DNA from: a virus
Lineage: Duplodnaviria > Caudoviricetes
IMG/VR virus record: IMGVR_UViG_3300013901_000008
Location: 42,522 to 106,521 of that record
Length of the DNA: 64,000 nucleotides
Strand: one strand, 5' to 3'
Shown here: piece by piece, positions 1 to 10,953 of the stretch
Position numbering within the stretch: the stretch's first letter is position 1
Layout: each line of letters begins with the position of its first letter
Translations under genes and position numbers: made by a program
Notes under the pieces: generated by a model
What the model was told of the DNA's origin: nothing
The model's input: only the letters and a program-made list of their open reading frames with translations
Database searches by the model: none

Positions 1-35
1 TCTCTTTCTCTTCCGAGAAATCTTTACTTCGCCTA

Positions 36-72
36 CAAAATTATAAAATTCCCCATAAACGGTAGGGACAAA
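36..72 (-). promoter_or_regulatory. Putative phage late-type promoter, leftward (TTTGTCCC-N21-TAATTTTG)
   Basis: Reverse complement of 65-72 is TTTGTCCC and of 36-43 is TAATTTTG; same spacing as six other copies. Confidence 0.7.
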
Positions 73-82
73 GCTAAAGGCC

Positions 83-119
83 TTTGTCCCCACCAATCAG
101 AGCAAAACCATTACCTTTG
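83..119 (+). promoter_or_regulatory. Putative phage late-type promoter (TTTGTCCC-N21-TACCTTTG) for the holin/tail/tape measure operon
   Basis: TTTGTCCC 83-90; Bacteroidetes -7 box TACCTTTG 112-119. Confidence 0.75.
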
Positions 120-203
120 CCTTAGATTTTTGGTTTCATCATCGCAAAACGAGAAACCGAGACTCAGGATAACATACATTTATTATATAACAAAGAAAAG
201 ACA

Positions 204-887
204 ATGCAAACTATCATTCCTTATGTCACAAGGTTCCTGGCAGCCATCATCGGCATCATCTGGTGCTACATCGAACCTTCCATCAATTACATCGCCGTAT
301 GCGCCTTCGCTCTCCTCCTGGATTGCTATACAGCCTGGCGATTGAACCGACGCATCTACAGCCGCTATCGAGAAGCCATTAAGAAAGACCCTCGATGTAA
401 GATAGACGGCAAGCTGAAATCGAAGAAGATGGCAAAGATGGTGCAAGATTTCTCGGTGCTCATCATGGCGATATTCCTTGCCACGCTCGTAGATACCGTG
501 ATACTCGACTACATGAATCCTCTTCACCTCGCCAACTATCTCGCCGCCATCTATTGCAGCGTCCAGTTTATCAGTGTTCTCGAAAACGAGAGTACCTGCA
601 ATGGTGCAGCCTGGGCAAAAGTGATGCAGAAGATTGTGGCTGATAAGACGGAACGACATTTCAATGTCAAGATGAAAGACTTGATAGAAGAGGAAGAGGA
701 AATCAAAGGCAAAGACCCCTACGGGCATAAAAGCAATTCCGAGATAGAGGAGGACGAAAGAAGCAATGTTTCTTCTGGCAGGAAATCCCCATCGCCCGAC
801 AACGATTCTGCACCATCAGGAGAAGAGTCTGCATCAAATGAAGATGAAGATGATGCAGATAAATCGGAAGATACCAACTACCCTTAA
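204..887 (+). CDS. Phage holin-like membrane protein with acidic C-terminal tail
   Basis: Several hydrophobic segments; D-x-x-T-A-W and S-V-L-E-N motifs typical of the holin_4/TcdE-like family. Confidence 0.7.
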   Translation: MQTIIPYVTRFLAAIIGIIWCYIEPSINYIAVCAFALLLDCYTAWRLNRRIYSRYREAIKKDPRCKIDGKLKSKKMAKMVQDFSVLIMAIFLATLVDTVILDYMNPLHLANYLAAIYCSVQFISVLENESTCNGAAWAKVMQKIVADKTERHFNVKMKDLIEEEEEIKGKDPYGHKSNSEIEEDERSNVSSGRKSPSPDNDSAPSGEESASNEDEDDADKSEDTNYP

Positions 888-933
888 TTTCGGTACGGAA
901 TAAGTTAATAATGTGTTAATAATCCATTGAATT

Positions 934-1560
934 ATGACAATATCAAACGTTTTGGAGCATTGGGCTGAAATCTACAAGCCCCTCTCTCACGACCCATTGA
1001 GCAAGAAACTGGAAGAGAAGAGCTTCTTCAGAATCCGATATATCGACCTGGAGAATGTTTTCTCTCGTAATGCCAATATCATCCACTCGCCATGTATGCT
1101 TTACAGTACCATCAATACAGGAGAGTTTCTTGCGGTCAATAAGATGCAAGTCTCCCATCAGATATGGTTCCTTACCAAGATTAAGGACACACCACAAACC
1201 CTTGGTAGATACGATGGCATACAGATAGAGCAAGCCTCCATCAGTTTGATGGAGTATTGCAAGGATTTGGTGTCGTGGATGGTAGAAGTGAAGCGCACAG
1301 GTAAGTGCCCTATCACCAATCGCTCCTTCGCCGATGAACCTGCGGTAATGAGCGAATTGCAGAGCATCGACATTAGCTCTATCTCCTGCGGACTGATAGG
1401 CGACATCTATAATGGGCAGTGGCTGGTGGCAGGTGTCGATTGGAAAGCCATCCAACCCCTCTATAAGTTCGGCTGTGGTGGCAATGATAAGTACATCGTT
1501 CCCAAGAATGATGATGCAGACGGCGACACCGAAGGCGATGCAAACGAGAAAGACGAATAA
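934..1560 (+). CDS. Hypothetical virion protein (possible tail terminator)
   Basis: 208 aa ORF between holin and tape measure gene; function from position only. Confidence 0.5.
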   Translation: MTISNVLEHWAEIYKPLSHDPLSKKLEEKSFFRIRYIDLENVFSRNANIIHSPCMLYSTINTGEFLAVNKMQVSHQIWFLTKIKDTPQTLGRYDGIQIEQASISLMEYCKDLVSWMVEVKRTGKCPITNRSFADEPAVMSELQSIDISSISCGLIGDIYNGQWLVAGVDWKAIQPLYKFGCGGNDKYIVPKNDDADGDTEGDANEKDE

Positions 1561-1668
1561 AGAAAATCATAGTTGTATCAAAACCATATTGCCCTATTCC
1601 TATCCCATTATCCCTACATAGCGGATAGTGGAGAGGGTAGGGCAAAGGTTTTCTAAAACAAAAACGAT

Positions 1669-2199
1669 ATGGGTGAACCGATAAAAAATCCGATGTTCCC
1701 TTTTAGCAGGGTAGCACGGCGATACTTCCAGCAAACCATCAATCAGTTGGAGGTGAATACCATGACCCAGTGCATATTCCCCAAGGAAGTGTATAATGGT
1801 TATGCCATCGTCAACCAGAAGCGCAAGGAAATGAAAAACGCCTGGTATTCTACTGGCGAGGGTGTGAAATCCTTTGCGGGCAAGATTATCGAGGCTGGCG
1901 ATTATGGCAAGGTAACGATGGCGTTTGAGTTTAACGACTATATGCGCTTCGTGGATATGGGTGTGGGTCAAGGTACTAAGTACGAGGACGTGCAGAATGG
2001 CAAGAAAGCCCGATACCAAACTCGATATATTTCCAAGTGGAACAGAAAGGCGGGTAGTTCCCAGCGTCCTGCCATCATGATGGAGCTTCGCCACTTACAA
2101 CAGCGCATAGCCAACTATCTCGTAGATTTCTACGGATATGAGGGAGGCGTGAAACTCCTGAATACTTTTGCGGATGCAAGCCCTATCCAGTTATTCTGA
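1669..2199 (+). CDS. Putative tail completion / neck protein
   Basis: Basic 176 aa ORF with YMRFVDMGVG motif directly upstream of the tape measure gene. Confidence 0.5.
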   Translation: MGEPIKNPMFPFSRVARRYFQQTINQLEVNTMTQCIFPKEVYNGYAIVNQKRKEMKNAWYSTGEGVKSFAGKIIEAGDYGKVTMAFEFNDYMRFVDMGVGQGTKYEDVQNGKKARYQTRYISKWNRKAGSSQRPAIMMELRHLQQRIANYLVDFYGYEGGVKLLNTFADASPIQLF

Positions 2200-2259
2200 T
2201 TTCCCCATTATATATTTCTCATTATATATATTGTATCATATTTAATCTAAACATAAAAT

Positions 2260-5200
2260 ATGGCAACAGCAAAGAAAACTCAGATAGTCATAACCGCCAA
2301 CGCCGCCGTAGCCAAGAAGGTGATGGATGAGCTTCAGCAGCGCATCGACGGAATTAAGCAGAAGATGCAATCGCTCGATATGACTCTCGATAAGGATAAG
2401 AAGGAATTTAAGAGGCTGAATAAAGAATTGGTTTCTTACAATTCTGCAGTGGCGCAAAATATCACAAATACCGAGCGAATAAAGAAAGCTATCAACAATC
2501 TTTCAGGTACATCGCTCAAAGAACTGCGACGTGCCTTGGTAGCCGCGAAGAGCGAACTTGGCAAGATGTCTGAAAACAGCGCAGGCCTTGGTAGGGCACG
2601 CCAAAACGTTAAGACCCTGCAAGACCAGATAGACAAGCTTACAGGTACTGTTAGAAAGAATGGCAGCGCATGGCAAACGGCGATGAAGAACCTCGTGGCA
2701 TATGTGGGTCTTTTCGGTGCTTTTAATATGCTCAAGCAGAAGCTTACGGATATTATCAATCTGAATCTGAAGTATTCCGACTCCCTCGCCAACATCCGAA
2801 AGGTTACTAACTGGTCTATGGATTCTGTGGAGCAACTTTCTAATAGATTATCAAAACTCGATACCCGAACCAGTCTTGAAGGTCTCACACAGCTTGCCTA
2901 TGTAGGCTCTCGTATGGGTATGGGTAAATATGGAGTTGAAGGCTTGGCGGAATTTGCAAAAGCCAGTGACCGTGTAAATGTAGCCCTTAAAGAAGATCTC
3001 GGCGATGATGCCATGCTCATTCTCTCTAAGTTCGTAGAGACCATGGGCGAGGTAGAGAAGCACGGAGGCAATGTGAGCGATGCGTTCGATGCAGTATCAA
3101 GTTCTATCTTTAAGTTGGCATCTACATCTACTGCCAATGGCGGTAATATCCTGGAGTTTGCCAAACGATTGACCGGTCTTTCTAAATCGGCGCATATCAC
3201 GAGCGACCAGCTTCTCGGTCTTGCCTCTGCCAGCGACTCCCTTATGCTTATGCCGGAAGTTGCATCTACAGCCTTTGGTAAGTTGATAACAAGTCTGTGG
3301 ACCAACTACCACGAGATAGAGAAGATGCTGGGCATGCAGGAAGATTCCCTGAAAGGTATGATGGAGAAGGGACAGACGATGCAAGCCTTGGTTAAGGTTC
3401 TCGAAAACGTAAGCGACAAAAACCTTAGCTCCATGGACGAATACTTCAAAGAGTTTGGTTCTGATGGTCAGCGATTGAAGAGCGTGGTTGTTACTATGGC
3501 GCAAAACGTCGATGTGCTTAAAAGTCATTTGCAAGAGTCGAGTGAGGCATATCGCGACGGTACCGCAACCGCAAAAGAGTATGCCATCCAGCAGCAGACG
3601 GCACAAGCTATCATCGAGCGAGCCAATAACATGTGGGAGAAAGCTTTCGTGAATCCCGCTGGTATCGATTCTGTAAAAGAGATGGCAAAGGTGTGGTACA
3701 ACTTTTCCAAAGAGCTTACGCAATCCAAGCCTTTCCTCGCCTCCGTGCAGTTGCTTTTTTGGGAGTTGAAGAAATCTGTAGAAGCTGTGCTATTGGTTCT
3801 TCCTGGTATGTTGGCGTATCTTGGAACTCGTGGCTTGGTAATGGCTTTCTCGAAGCTCATACCACTTATTACTGGTCTGAAAGCTACGGGCATTGCAACG
3901 TTTTTCTCTTTACTTACTGCATCTATAAAGGGTAGCCATATAGCAACACTTCGTCTTATTGTATCGTGGAAGCAACTTAGCCTTGCGATGAAGACTAACG
4001 TCATCGGTCTTGCTCTGTCCGTGGTTACGTCTCTCGGCTTCGCTCTTTACGATTTATTTAAAAATACCGAGAAAGCTGCATCCTCGATGCAGAAATTCGA
4101 TAAATCGTTCAAAGGCGTGCAATCTGCCGCAAACAGTGCAGTAGCTGAACTTGATGCCTATTATAATGCCATAAAGCGAGCTAAGAAGGGTTCTCACGAA
4201 TATCAGGCTGCCATGCAAACATACACCGAGAAGTTCGGCGTATATTTCAAGGGGTTAAAGAAAGAGAACGGAATAGTTCAAGACCTTGCAGCGTCCTATC
4301 GAGCCGCCGCTAAAGCGATCCGTGCTAAGATTTTCTTGCAAATGCAGGAGGATGATATAAACAAACAGTATAAGCCTCGTGTAGCTTGGAGTCTTGACAA
4401 ACTTGATGCTTACGGCAAGATTGCCCCTAAGGGTTTTGGTGCAGACGTATTAAAAGGCTACGAAGAAGATAGTAGAGGCAAGAATATGGGCACTATTATC
4501 ACGGAACTCGCAAAGCGTTTTGGTTCTAAGAATGTGGCAAGGGTATTGGCTTCGGAAAAAGAAGGCAGAAATTCTGCACAGGTTAAGAAGTACTACAAAG
4601 ATACGCTTGGCGATGGTACCGTGCATCAGTATGTAAAGTACGAAGATTTACCTACAGCCGACCAGCAGTTGTTTAGAGCGATCCGCTATATCCGTCAATC
4701 ACGTTCCGCTAATAATACTCTTAGCGGGGTTAAAGACAAGTATTCGGGTGTGCAGAAGGACATAGATGAATACTTGCAGTCTATAAATGGCACTAACGAA
4801 GTCCTTGGTGCGAGTGGTGGTGATATTGGCAGCGGCAAGGGTGGCGGCAAGGGCGGTCACACCGACAAGGGTGGTAACACCGATAACAAAGAAAAGAAGC
4901 TCGCCGAGACTCGTGCCAATGCTCTCATTGCCAATATCAAGGCATTCTATGAGGAGCAGAAACGCAAGTACTTGGAGTGGGTAACAAAGATGAATGCCGA
5001 TGGCGAGAAGATTAGCGAGGGTCAGCAAAAACAAATGATTGATTACCTCGATACTCGTGTGCAGACAGTTCTCGGTACTGCTAAGAAGTCTATCGCTACC
5101 CTCGATGATGGCTGGAGTAGAATCAAACAGACTATCGACGAAGATGTAATGGTCTTCGATGATGAAACCTCCAAAGAACTTTTGGAGTCCATCAATAAGT

Positions 5201-7827
5201 CGGACATCAAGGGATTGCATGATCTATTCGAGAAACTATCGGGCGATTTATCTCGTGAAAACAACAAAACCCTATCCGAAAACTTAGGTGCGCTCCTCGA
5301 CCAAATCTTTGCCAACGGTACGGCTGCAATGCGTGAGGCAGCCGAGAAGCTTATCGCTCACCAGCGAGAAATCCAAAAGATTCTCAATGAGAACGATTAT
5401 ACCGGTGCAGTGGATCGTAACACTCGCAGCAACTTCGACACCATCGGACTCCTGCATCCTGCCAAAGAGATCAATGCCGACACCAAGGAGGGATTGAACC
5501 AGATGAACAAATCTTTCGATGCGCTCACCAAGAAAGCTCGCTCTACAGTTTCAGAACTCTACGAGCTGAATCCTGCAAGCGATACCTTCCGAGATAGCTT
5601 CTTGGAATACCTTTCTGTGGCTAACGATGGCTTTGATTTCACGGTATTGAAGACGCAAGAATTGAAAGCCCTATATTTGGAGCTTATCAAATACACGGAT
5701 AACTATACCGATGCAGAGAAACGTAAATACGACCAGGCTAAAAAGATTGCAGACCAAGCCTGGAGCGTTAATCAGCGTAATCTCGCTAACCAAGAGAAAC
5801 TACGCAAGATACAGCAGGAAAGCAGTCTCTTTGGCAAGAGAACCAACCTTCTTTCTAATCTCGGTCTTGCCGACCTCACAGCCGACCCAGAGGTGGAGCT
5901 GATGAAGATGAAGATGAAGATGGCGGAAGACTATTATGCTTTCGTCGCCAAGAACTCGCAGAATATGCAGCTTATCCGTGAGGCTGACCGTGCAAGGGAG
6001 GAGGCTGAACTTGCCTATGCCAACCAAATGGCTTCGGCGATGAAAGAACGTCTCTCGCAGATGCAGAGTCTTGTGCAGCCTATCGTTACCTTTGGTGGCG
6101 AAGTAGGTAAAGCATTTGCCGAGATGCGCAACGACGTATCGAGCGCACAGGAAGCTATCAAGAATGCCCTCAAATCCATGTTGGAGAGTTGGGGCAACAT
6201 GGCTCTCAACGATGTAAACACGCAGATGTGGAAAGCCATTAACGATGCGGGAGCCAAGCGAGGTAAGAAAAACGCACAGCCTACCATCAATGCAGCTCGT
6301 GCCAATGCCGAGGCAAATACTCCTACTATCAAGGAGAACTTGACCGACATCGGCACAAAAACTAACCCGATGTATGTGCGGCTTGTGGACGAGGGTGCGC
6401 CTTACGTAACACAGCAGCCTCAATCCAGCTTCGAGAATATGCCAGTACAGCAGCAGCCTGTGGGCTGGAATCCAGACGGTTCGCCTAAGATGCCTAACGC
6501 TAGCTCGCCTATCGTTCCTCCTTACGCTCCTACCGATGCCCAGGGCAATCCTGTCGCTAACCAAGGAACGACCGAACAAAAAAACAATGTGCCTCATGCG
6601 TGGGCAAAGCGCAACAGAGACAATGCAGGTGCAGCTTATGAGGGCGCAGGCGATATGGCTGGCTCTGCCATCGCTGACGCAGCCACTGGCAATGGCAGCT
6701 CTTTCGCCAACGTAGCCGCTGGCATCGGTGGCAGTATCATCGGAGGCGTGATGAACATGGACTTCAATACCGGAGTCGGCAAGAAAGGCAAGGATGGTAC
6801 CGATACCGATGCAGAACAGAAGAAGCAGCTCAAGAAAGAGAAGAAGCACCAAAAAGACCTTACCAAGGAGGTAAAGAAGGGCGCAAAGGATCGCTCCAGC
6901 GAGACTAAGAAAGGCGCGAAGGAAATTGTGCAGGCTACCGAGGAGGGTAATAATGAGCAGAGCAAGGGAACAGAGCTGACACAGAAAGCTATCAGCACAG
7001 CCATTACTACTGGTCTTACTACCAACCTGGCAGCCAAGCGAGCCAACAACCAGGAAGTGGCAGCGGAAGATGCAGCCATGGCGCAAACCGAAACTACCTT
7101 TTCAATCGTAGGTGCCATTGGTAAGTGCTTCGAGTTCTTGGGTCCTATCGCTGGCCCTATCGCCGCAGCAGTAGTGATGAGCACCCTTACTGGCTTGCTC
7201 AACTGGGCACTCTCTTCCGCCTTTGGCAGTAAGAAGAAGTCTTCTTCCTCTTCCACCAACACCAAGCTGGTAACAGGTATGCTTACCTATGATTCGGGTA
7301 ACGTTCAAGACTTGAAGCCTTTCGTCGCCGATAATGGCGAGGTATATTGGGCAAAGGAAGACGATGCGCCTAAGCAGGGTGGGGTACAGATGTTGTCGCA
7401 GCCTACAGCCACCACCATCAACGGACAGCCATCTCTGGTAGCAGAGAAAGGTCCCGAAATTGTGATTGGTCGAGAAACCACCCATGCCATGATGATGAAC
7501 AACCCTCAACTGTTGAAGGCTCTCGTCAACTATGACAGCAACTATTCAGGGAGAAACTCAGCACGCAGGGCATTTGATAATGGCAACGTAGCCGATACCC
7601 TTGCAACAAGCTTGCAAGCAAGCAATGGTAATCTTTCGCCTGACGCGTCAGCGGCTGGCGACCTATTGGCAAGTAGTGCAGCGAGCAATGCAGCCCTCCT
7701 GCAAGCCGTCAATGCACTCCTGGAGCGATTGTCGCAGCCTATCAGCGCAAAGATTGATATGTATGGGCGTGGCAACCTCTATGATAGTATGACGAAAGCC
7801 AATCAGTTTATGAAGGGCAAATCATAA
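2260..7827 (+). CDS. Tail tape measure protein
   Basis: 1855 aa, Ala/Lys-rich helical; TP901-type core (LANIRKVT...TRTSLEGLTQLA...GG..LEFAKRL); C-terminal LVAEKGPEIVI motif. Confidence 0.92.
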   Translation: MATAKKTQIVITANAAVAKKVMDELQQRIDGIKQKMQSLDMTLDKDKKEFKRLNKELVSYNSAVAQNITNTERIKKAINNLSGTSLKELRRALVAAKSELGKMSENSAGLGRARQNVKTLQDQIDKLTGTVRKNGSAWQTAMKNLVAYVGLFGAFNMLKQKLTDIINLNLKYSDSLANIRKVTNWSMDSVEQLSNRLSKLDTRTSLEGLTQLAYVGSRMGMGKYGVEGLAEFAKASDRVNVALKEDLGDDAMLILSKFVETMGEVEKHGGNVSDAFDAVSSSIFKLASTSTANGGNILEFAKRLTGLSKSAHITSDQLLGLASASDSLMLMPEVASTAFGKLITSLWTNYHEIEKMLGMQEDSLKGMMEKGQTMQALVKVLENVSDKNLSSMDEYFKEFGSDGQRLKSVVVTMAQNVDVLKSHLQESSEAYRDGTATAKEYAIQQQTAQAIIERANNMWEKAFVNPAGIDSVKEMAKVWYNFSKELTQSKPFLASVQLLFWELKKSVEAVLLVLPGMLAYLGTRGLVMAFSKLIPLITGLKATGIATFFSLLTASIKGSHIATLRLIVSWKQLSLAMKTNVIGLALSVVTSLGFALYDLFKNTEKAASSMQKFDKSFKGVQSAANSAVAELDAYYNAIKRAKKGSHEYQAAMQTYTEKFGVYFKGLKKENGIVQDLAASYRAAAKAIRAKIFLQMQEDDINKQYKPRVAWSLDKLDAYGKIAPKGFGADVLKGYEEDSRGKNMGTIITELAKRFGSKNVARVLASEKEGRNSAQVKKYYKDTLGDGTVHQYVKYEDLPTADQQLFRAIRYIRQSRSANNTLSGVKDKYSGVQKDIDEYLQSINGTNEVLGASGGDIGSGKGGGKGGHTDKGGNTDNKEKKLAETRANALIANIKAFYEEQKRKYLEWVTKMNADGEKISEGQQKQMIDYLDTRVQTVLGTAKKSIATLDDGWSRIKQTIDEDVMVFDDETSKELLESINKSDIKGLHDLFEKLSGDLSRENNKTLSENLGALLDQIFANGTAAMREAAEKLIAHQREIQKILNENDYTGAVDRNTRSNFDTIGLLHPAKEINADTKEGLNQMNKSFDALTKKARSTVSELYELNPASDTFRDSFLEYLSVANDGFDFTVLKTQELKALYLELIKYTDNYTDAEKRKYDQAKKIADQAWSVNQRNLANQEKLRKIQQESSLFGKRTNLLSNLGLADLTADPEVELMKMKMKMAEDYYAFVAKNSQNMQLIREADRAREEAELAYANQMASAMKERLSQMQSLVQPIVTFGGEVGKAFAEMRNDVSSAQEAIKNALKSMLESWGNMALNDVNTQMWKAINDAGAKRGKKNAQPTINAARANAEANTPTIKENLTDIGTKTNPMYVRLVDEGAPYVTQQPQSSFENMPVQQQPVGWNPDGSPKMPNASSPIVPPYAPTDAQGNPVANQGTTEQKNNVPHAWAKRNRDNAGAAYEGAGDMAGSAIADAATGNGSSFANVAAGIGGSIIGGVMNMDFNTGVGKKGKDGTDTDAEQKKQLKKEKKHQKDLTKEVKKGAKDRSSETKKGAKEIVQATEEGNNEQSKGTELTQKAISTAITTGLTTNLAAKRANNQEVAAEDAAMAQTETTFSIVGAIGKCFEFLGPIAGPIAAAVVMSTLTGLLNWALSSAFGSKKKSSSSSTNTKLVTGMLTYDSGNVQDLKPFVADNGEVYWAKEDDAPKQGGVQMLSQPTATTINGQPSLVAEKGPEIVIGRETTHAMMMNNPQLLKALVNYDSNYSGRNSARRAFDNGNVADTLATSLQASNGNLSPDASAAGDLLASSAASNAALLQAVNALLERLSQPISAKIDMYGRGNLYDSMTKANQFMKGKS

Positions 7828-7931
7828 GACTATCAAGGTAGGCCAAGGAAACTGACAGAAGAAAACTCATATTTTCTCTAATGTTATATAGATTTGTTGG
7901 TTTATTTATTTAAATTTATGTTGTTTTGTTT

Positions 7932-7966
7932 AGAACCGCTTCGTTGTGATAACGAGGCGGTTTTTC
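7932..7966 (+). terminator. Rho-independent terminator after the tape measure gene
   Basis: AACCGCTTCGTT / AACGAGGCGGTT stem followed by a T-run. Confidence 0.75.
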
Positions 7967-8002
7967 TATTCCCCGAACCCCTCGCCTGGGGCAGATTTTT
8001 TG

Positions 8003-8595
8003 CAAAGGTGGGAAAAGTGGGAAAATACCCCGAACACCGTGTATAATTTTTGCACATTTGTAACTCGTTGATTTTTTGCACTTTACAACATACCCTCGTG
8101 TCAAAAGTGGGAAAATATTGCGAAAATCGCTATTATATATAAAATTTTTCCGCAATTTTTTCTCCTCCCAAAAATCAAAATCCCCCAACTCCAAACATAA
8201 AGTAGGTAGCATATACGGCTATACCGTAAACATCAAACAATCAGTTAGTTATGAGGATAAGTTAAGAAGCAGATATGGGCTGAAAACATAGATTTTTCGC
8301 CTATTTTTCTATATTTCTCAAAATATATTTTTACCATTGCGCTCCGTGTATTTAGAAAAAATAATTAAATTTTCCCACTTTTATAAGATAACTTGCTGAA
8401 TTTGTGGTAGATAAGGGCAAAAATAAGTTGTACAAAGCGTGAACAATATATGAACAATGCGTGAACTTTACAAGCCTTCTAAAAATTTTCCCACTTTTGA
8501 AAATTGGGCATTCAAAACGATTTTCCCACTTTTCGAGAATTTTCCCACTTTTCAAAAACACATTTCCCACTTTTCCCACTTTTCCCACTTTTGGG
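8003..8595. repeat. Iteron-like array of TTTCCCAC (10 copies); putative replication origin
   Basis: Reverse copies at about 8008, 8017 and 8107; forward copies at about 8370, 8486, 8521, 8540, 8563, 8571 and 8580; AT-rich centre; upstream of the primase-like gene. Confidence 0.7.
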
Positions 8596-8676
8596 ATTTC
8601 TTGGATTGTAAGTATATCCCAAATAACCGTTCGTTAGTATAAAAAGCATTAAAATATAGGTATATCAAATAAATAA

Positions 8677-8728
8677 ATATCCCAAATATTGCATATTTAA
8701 AATTTATTTCTTAATTTTGCACCCGAAT
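8677..8728 (+). promoter_or_regulatory. Early-type promoter with ATATCCCAAA box
   Basis: TAATTTTG -7 box; 8702-8728 is 25/27 identical to 19297-19323. Confidence 0.7.
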
Positions 8729-8761
8729 AAGTATATATAGGTATATAACAATATCCGAGCT

Positions 8762-9883
8762 ATGTTTGAGGAAATATGCAGCATCTATGAGTCAGCCAAG
8801 GACGCACAAGGTCGCTTCGTAGATAGAGAGACAGGCGAGTGCATTCAGCAGATGTCTATCCGTGAGTTTTGTCTGACGGATAGATGGAAGCCGCATGTGG
8901 AGCGATTAAGAGCGATGCGCCAGGAATATGGCGACAAGGCGAAGAAGATGCCCGAATATATCGAAACCAAGAAAATGTTGCCTGGAGCCACGTTGAGCGG
9001 TCTCTTCTCTCTCTACGAGGACGTGAGCCTTACCCACCCAGGGCAGATGGTGATGGTATCTCGAAGAGAGACCCACCTGAAGCAGCATACTGGCTGGCTC
9101 GCCATCGACATCGACTTGCAGGACAATGAGCAGCTTTCCAACTTCGAGAACATTAAGATGGTAGCTCGCTTCCGTCCGGAGATAGGCTTGCTGATGCGCT
9201 CCTGTTCGGGCACTGGATATTTCGGATTGGTTCGCTTGGCTTATCCAGATAAGCACAAGGAACAATTCAAAGCCTTGCTTCGAGATTACGCAGCCCTCGG
9301 CATCGTGCTCGACAAGCAATGTGGCAATATCGGACGAGTGCGCTTCGCATCCTGGGATGATGCAGCCCATATATATATCAATGAGAATGTGCAGCCATAC
9401 CGAGGTATGCTAATGGATGAGCCGCAGGTGGTACCGCAAGCACAGAGAGGCTATTCGGGGAGTTATCCACAGCGTTATCCACAGTCGGGACAGAGTGGTA
9501 TGTCGGAAATTCCGAACAACCACTCTTCGGGCTACAACCAGGAGGCAAGCAAGGCTTTTTGGAACGATCCTCGCACACAAGACCGATTGATAGAGCTGAT
9601 GGTGAAGGCTCTCGTTGGCAGAGGCATCAATATCACCGAAAGCTATGACGAGTGGACCAAGTGCGGTTGGGCATTAAAGGCTCACCCTTACGGAGGACAG
9701 CTATTTCACGACCTTTCCGCTTGCAGCAAGAAATACAATTCGGCTCAAACTTCGCAAAAGTGGAGGCAGTTGGGTAGCAGTAATACGGTAACGTACAACT
9801 ATCTGATTCACGCCTTCCGTCAGAACTTGGGCGATGCGGAATATCACGCCATCAAACAGCAGGTATGGAGAGAGCGAGGGTAA
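8762..9883 (+). CDS. Primase-like protein (VirE-N/BT4734-like N domain plus PriCT-2)
   Basis: KKMLPG..SGLF, HTGWLAIDID, SCSGTG and RVRFASWD motifs; C-terminal SYDEWTKCGWAL...FHDLS...KY..W resembles PriCT-2. Confidence 0.8.
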   Translation: MFEEICSIYESAKDAQGRFVDRETGECIQQMSIREFCLTDRWKPHVERLRAMRQEYGDKAKKMPEYIETKKMLPGATLSGLFSLYEDVSLTHPGQMVMVSRRETHLKQHTGWLAIDIDLQDNEQLSNFENIKMVARFRPEIGLLMRSCSGTGYFGLVRLAYPDKHKEQFKALLRDYAALGIVLDKQCGNIGRVRFASWDDAAHIYINENVQPYRGMLMDEPQVVPQAQRGYSGSYPQRYPQSGQSGMSEIPNNHSSGYNQEASKAFWNDPRTQDRLIELMVKALVGRGINITESYDEWTKCGWALKAHPYGGQLFHDLSACSKKYNSAQTSQKWRQLGSSNTVTYNYLIHAFRQNLGDAEYHAIKQQVWRERG

Positions 9884-9942
9884 TGATGATTAAGAATTAA
9901 TAATTAATGATTAATAATTAAGAATTGATAAAGTTATAGATT

Positions 9943-10236
9943 ATGAAGACTAAAAGAAGAATGCCGCAGCCTCCTAAAGGTAGTTGGCTCGACAGAAATG
10001 GACAGCGATGGATTAAAATATTCTTCGATGTGATGTCCGGTTTCGGGGGGGGTGAAAAGTTCCTTCGTCAGGTAGGTATCGTATTCCCGATGTTTTTCAG
10101 TTTTGAGCTGGGGCAATATGTGATAGATATGGATGCCTGTAATCTTCAAGAGAAGATACAGGATAGCTATCCTACATTAAAGAGATACTCGAATCTGCAT
10201 TTCGAGATAACGAGTAATAAAATCTTACAAAGATAA
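9943..10236 (+). CDS. Hypothetical protein (contains a G8 tract at 10045-10052)
   Basis: 97 aa ORF with AT-rich leader. Confidence 0.55.
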   Translation: MKTKRRMPQPPKGSWLDRNGQRWIKIFFDVMSGFGGGEKFLRQVGIVFPMFFSFELGQYVIDMDACNLQEKIQDSYPTLKRYSNLHFEITSNKILQR

Positions 10237-10254
10237 ACGGAAAGAGCCATTGGT

Positions 10255-10302
10255 GGATATTTCACTGATATTTCACGGATATTTCATGGATATTTCATGG
10301 TT
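10255..10302. repeat. 11-bp tandem repeat, core GATATTTCA, x4
   Basis: Units at 10256, 10267, 10278 and 10289; inverted copy at 59926-59972. Confidence 0.85.
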
Positions 10303-10354
10303 GCTTCACATCCCCTGCTTATTTTGTGCGACAAAATTATAATACAAATTAAAT

Positions 10355-10885
10355 ATGAGAATAATAACAATAGTAGGTCCCAGTGGGGCTGGCAAAGATA
10401 CGGTGGCAACGATGTTGTCTTCCATCCTTAATTACGAGGTGATATGCTCTTATACCACTCGTCCGATGCGTGAGGGCGAGGTGGAAGGCAGGGAGCATCA
10501 CTTTGTAAAGCATTGTCCTTACCTTCCTGAAGATAAGGAAGTGTTGGCTTACACCCGATATGGCGACTACGAATATTGGACGGAAGTGAAGCAAGTATGG
10601 GGCACCGTTATCTATGTTATCGACGAGAAAGGCTTGATGAACTTGATGGAGAAGTTTCCGAAAGCGGAAATCATCGCCATCTATGTGTCGGCGAAGCCCG
10701 AAACCATACGCAAGAGAGGCATCGCCGATGAGCGAACAGACAGAGACCAGTATCGCATTAAGTTTGACATCAATAGCTACGATTATTTTATCCCAAATAA
10801 TCGTTCGATGTTTCATCTTTGGGATTGGGTCTCCTTTGTGGCAAAGAAGATACGTGAGCGGGAACTTGGTATTCCCTGCAAATAA
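10355..10885 (+). CDS. gmk: Guanylate kinase-like nucleotide kinase
   Basis: P-loop GPSGAGKDT; SYTTRPMREGEVEGREHHF signature. Confidence 0.85.
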   Translation: MRIITIVGPSGAGKDTVATMLSSILNYEVICSYTTRPMREGEVEGREHHFVKHCPYLPEDKEVLAYTRYGDYEYWTEVKQVWGTVIYVIDEKGLMNLMEKFPKAEIIAIYVSAKPETIRKRGIADERTDRDQYRIKFDINSYDYFIPNNRSMFHLWDWVSFVAKKIRERELGIPCK

Positions 10886-10953
10886 GTAGGGATGCCGAAT
10901 AAGCAAATGAATGATATACCGACTCAATAATAAGTTAAAATATACGATAAGAA

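Noticed and set aside
5800-7086. Long antisense ORFs (for example 5800..7086, 49146..50240, 46790..47674)
   Set aside because: They are shadows of strongly codon-biased plus-strand genes and carry no recognisable motifs
7916-8642. Short ORFs in the putative origin region
   Set aside because: They are translations of iteron repeats and AT-rich DNA with no coding signature
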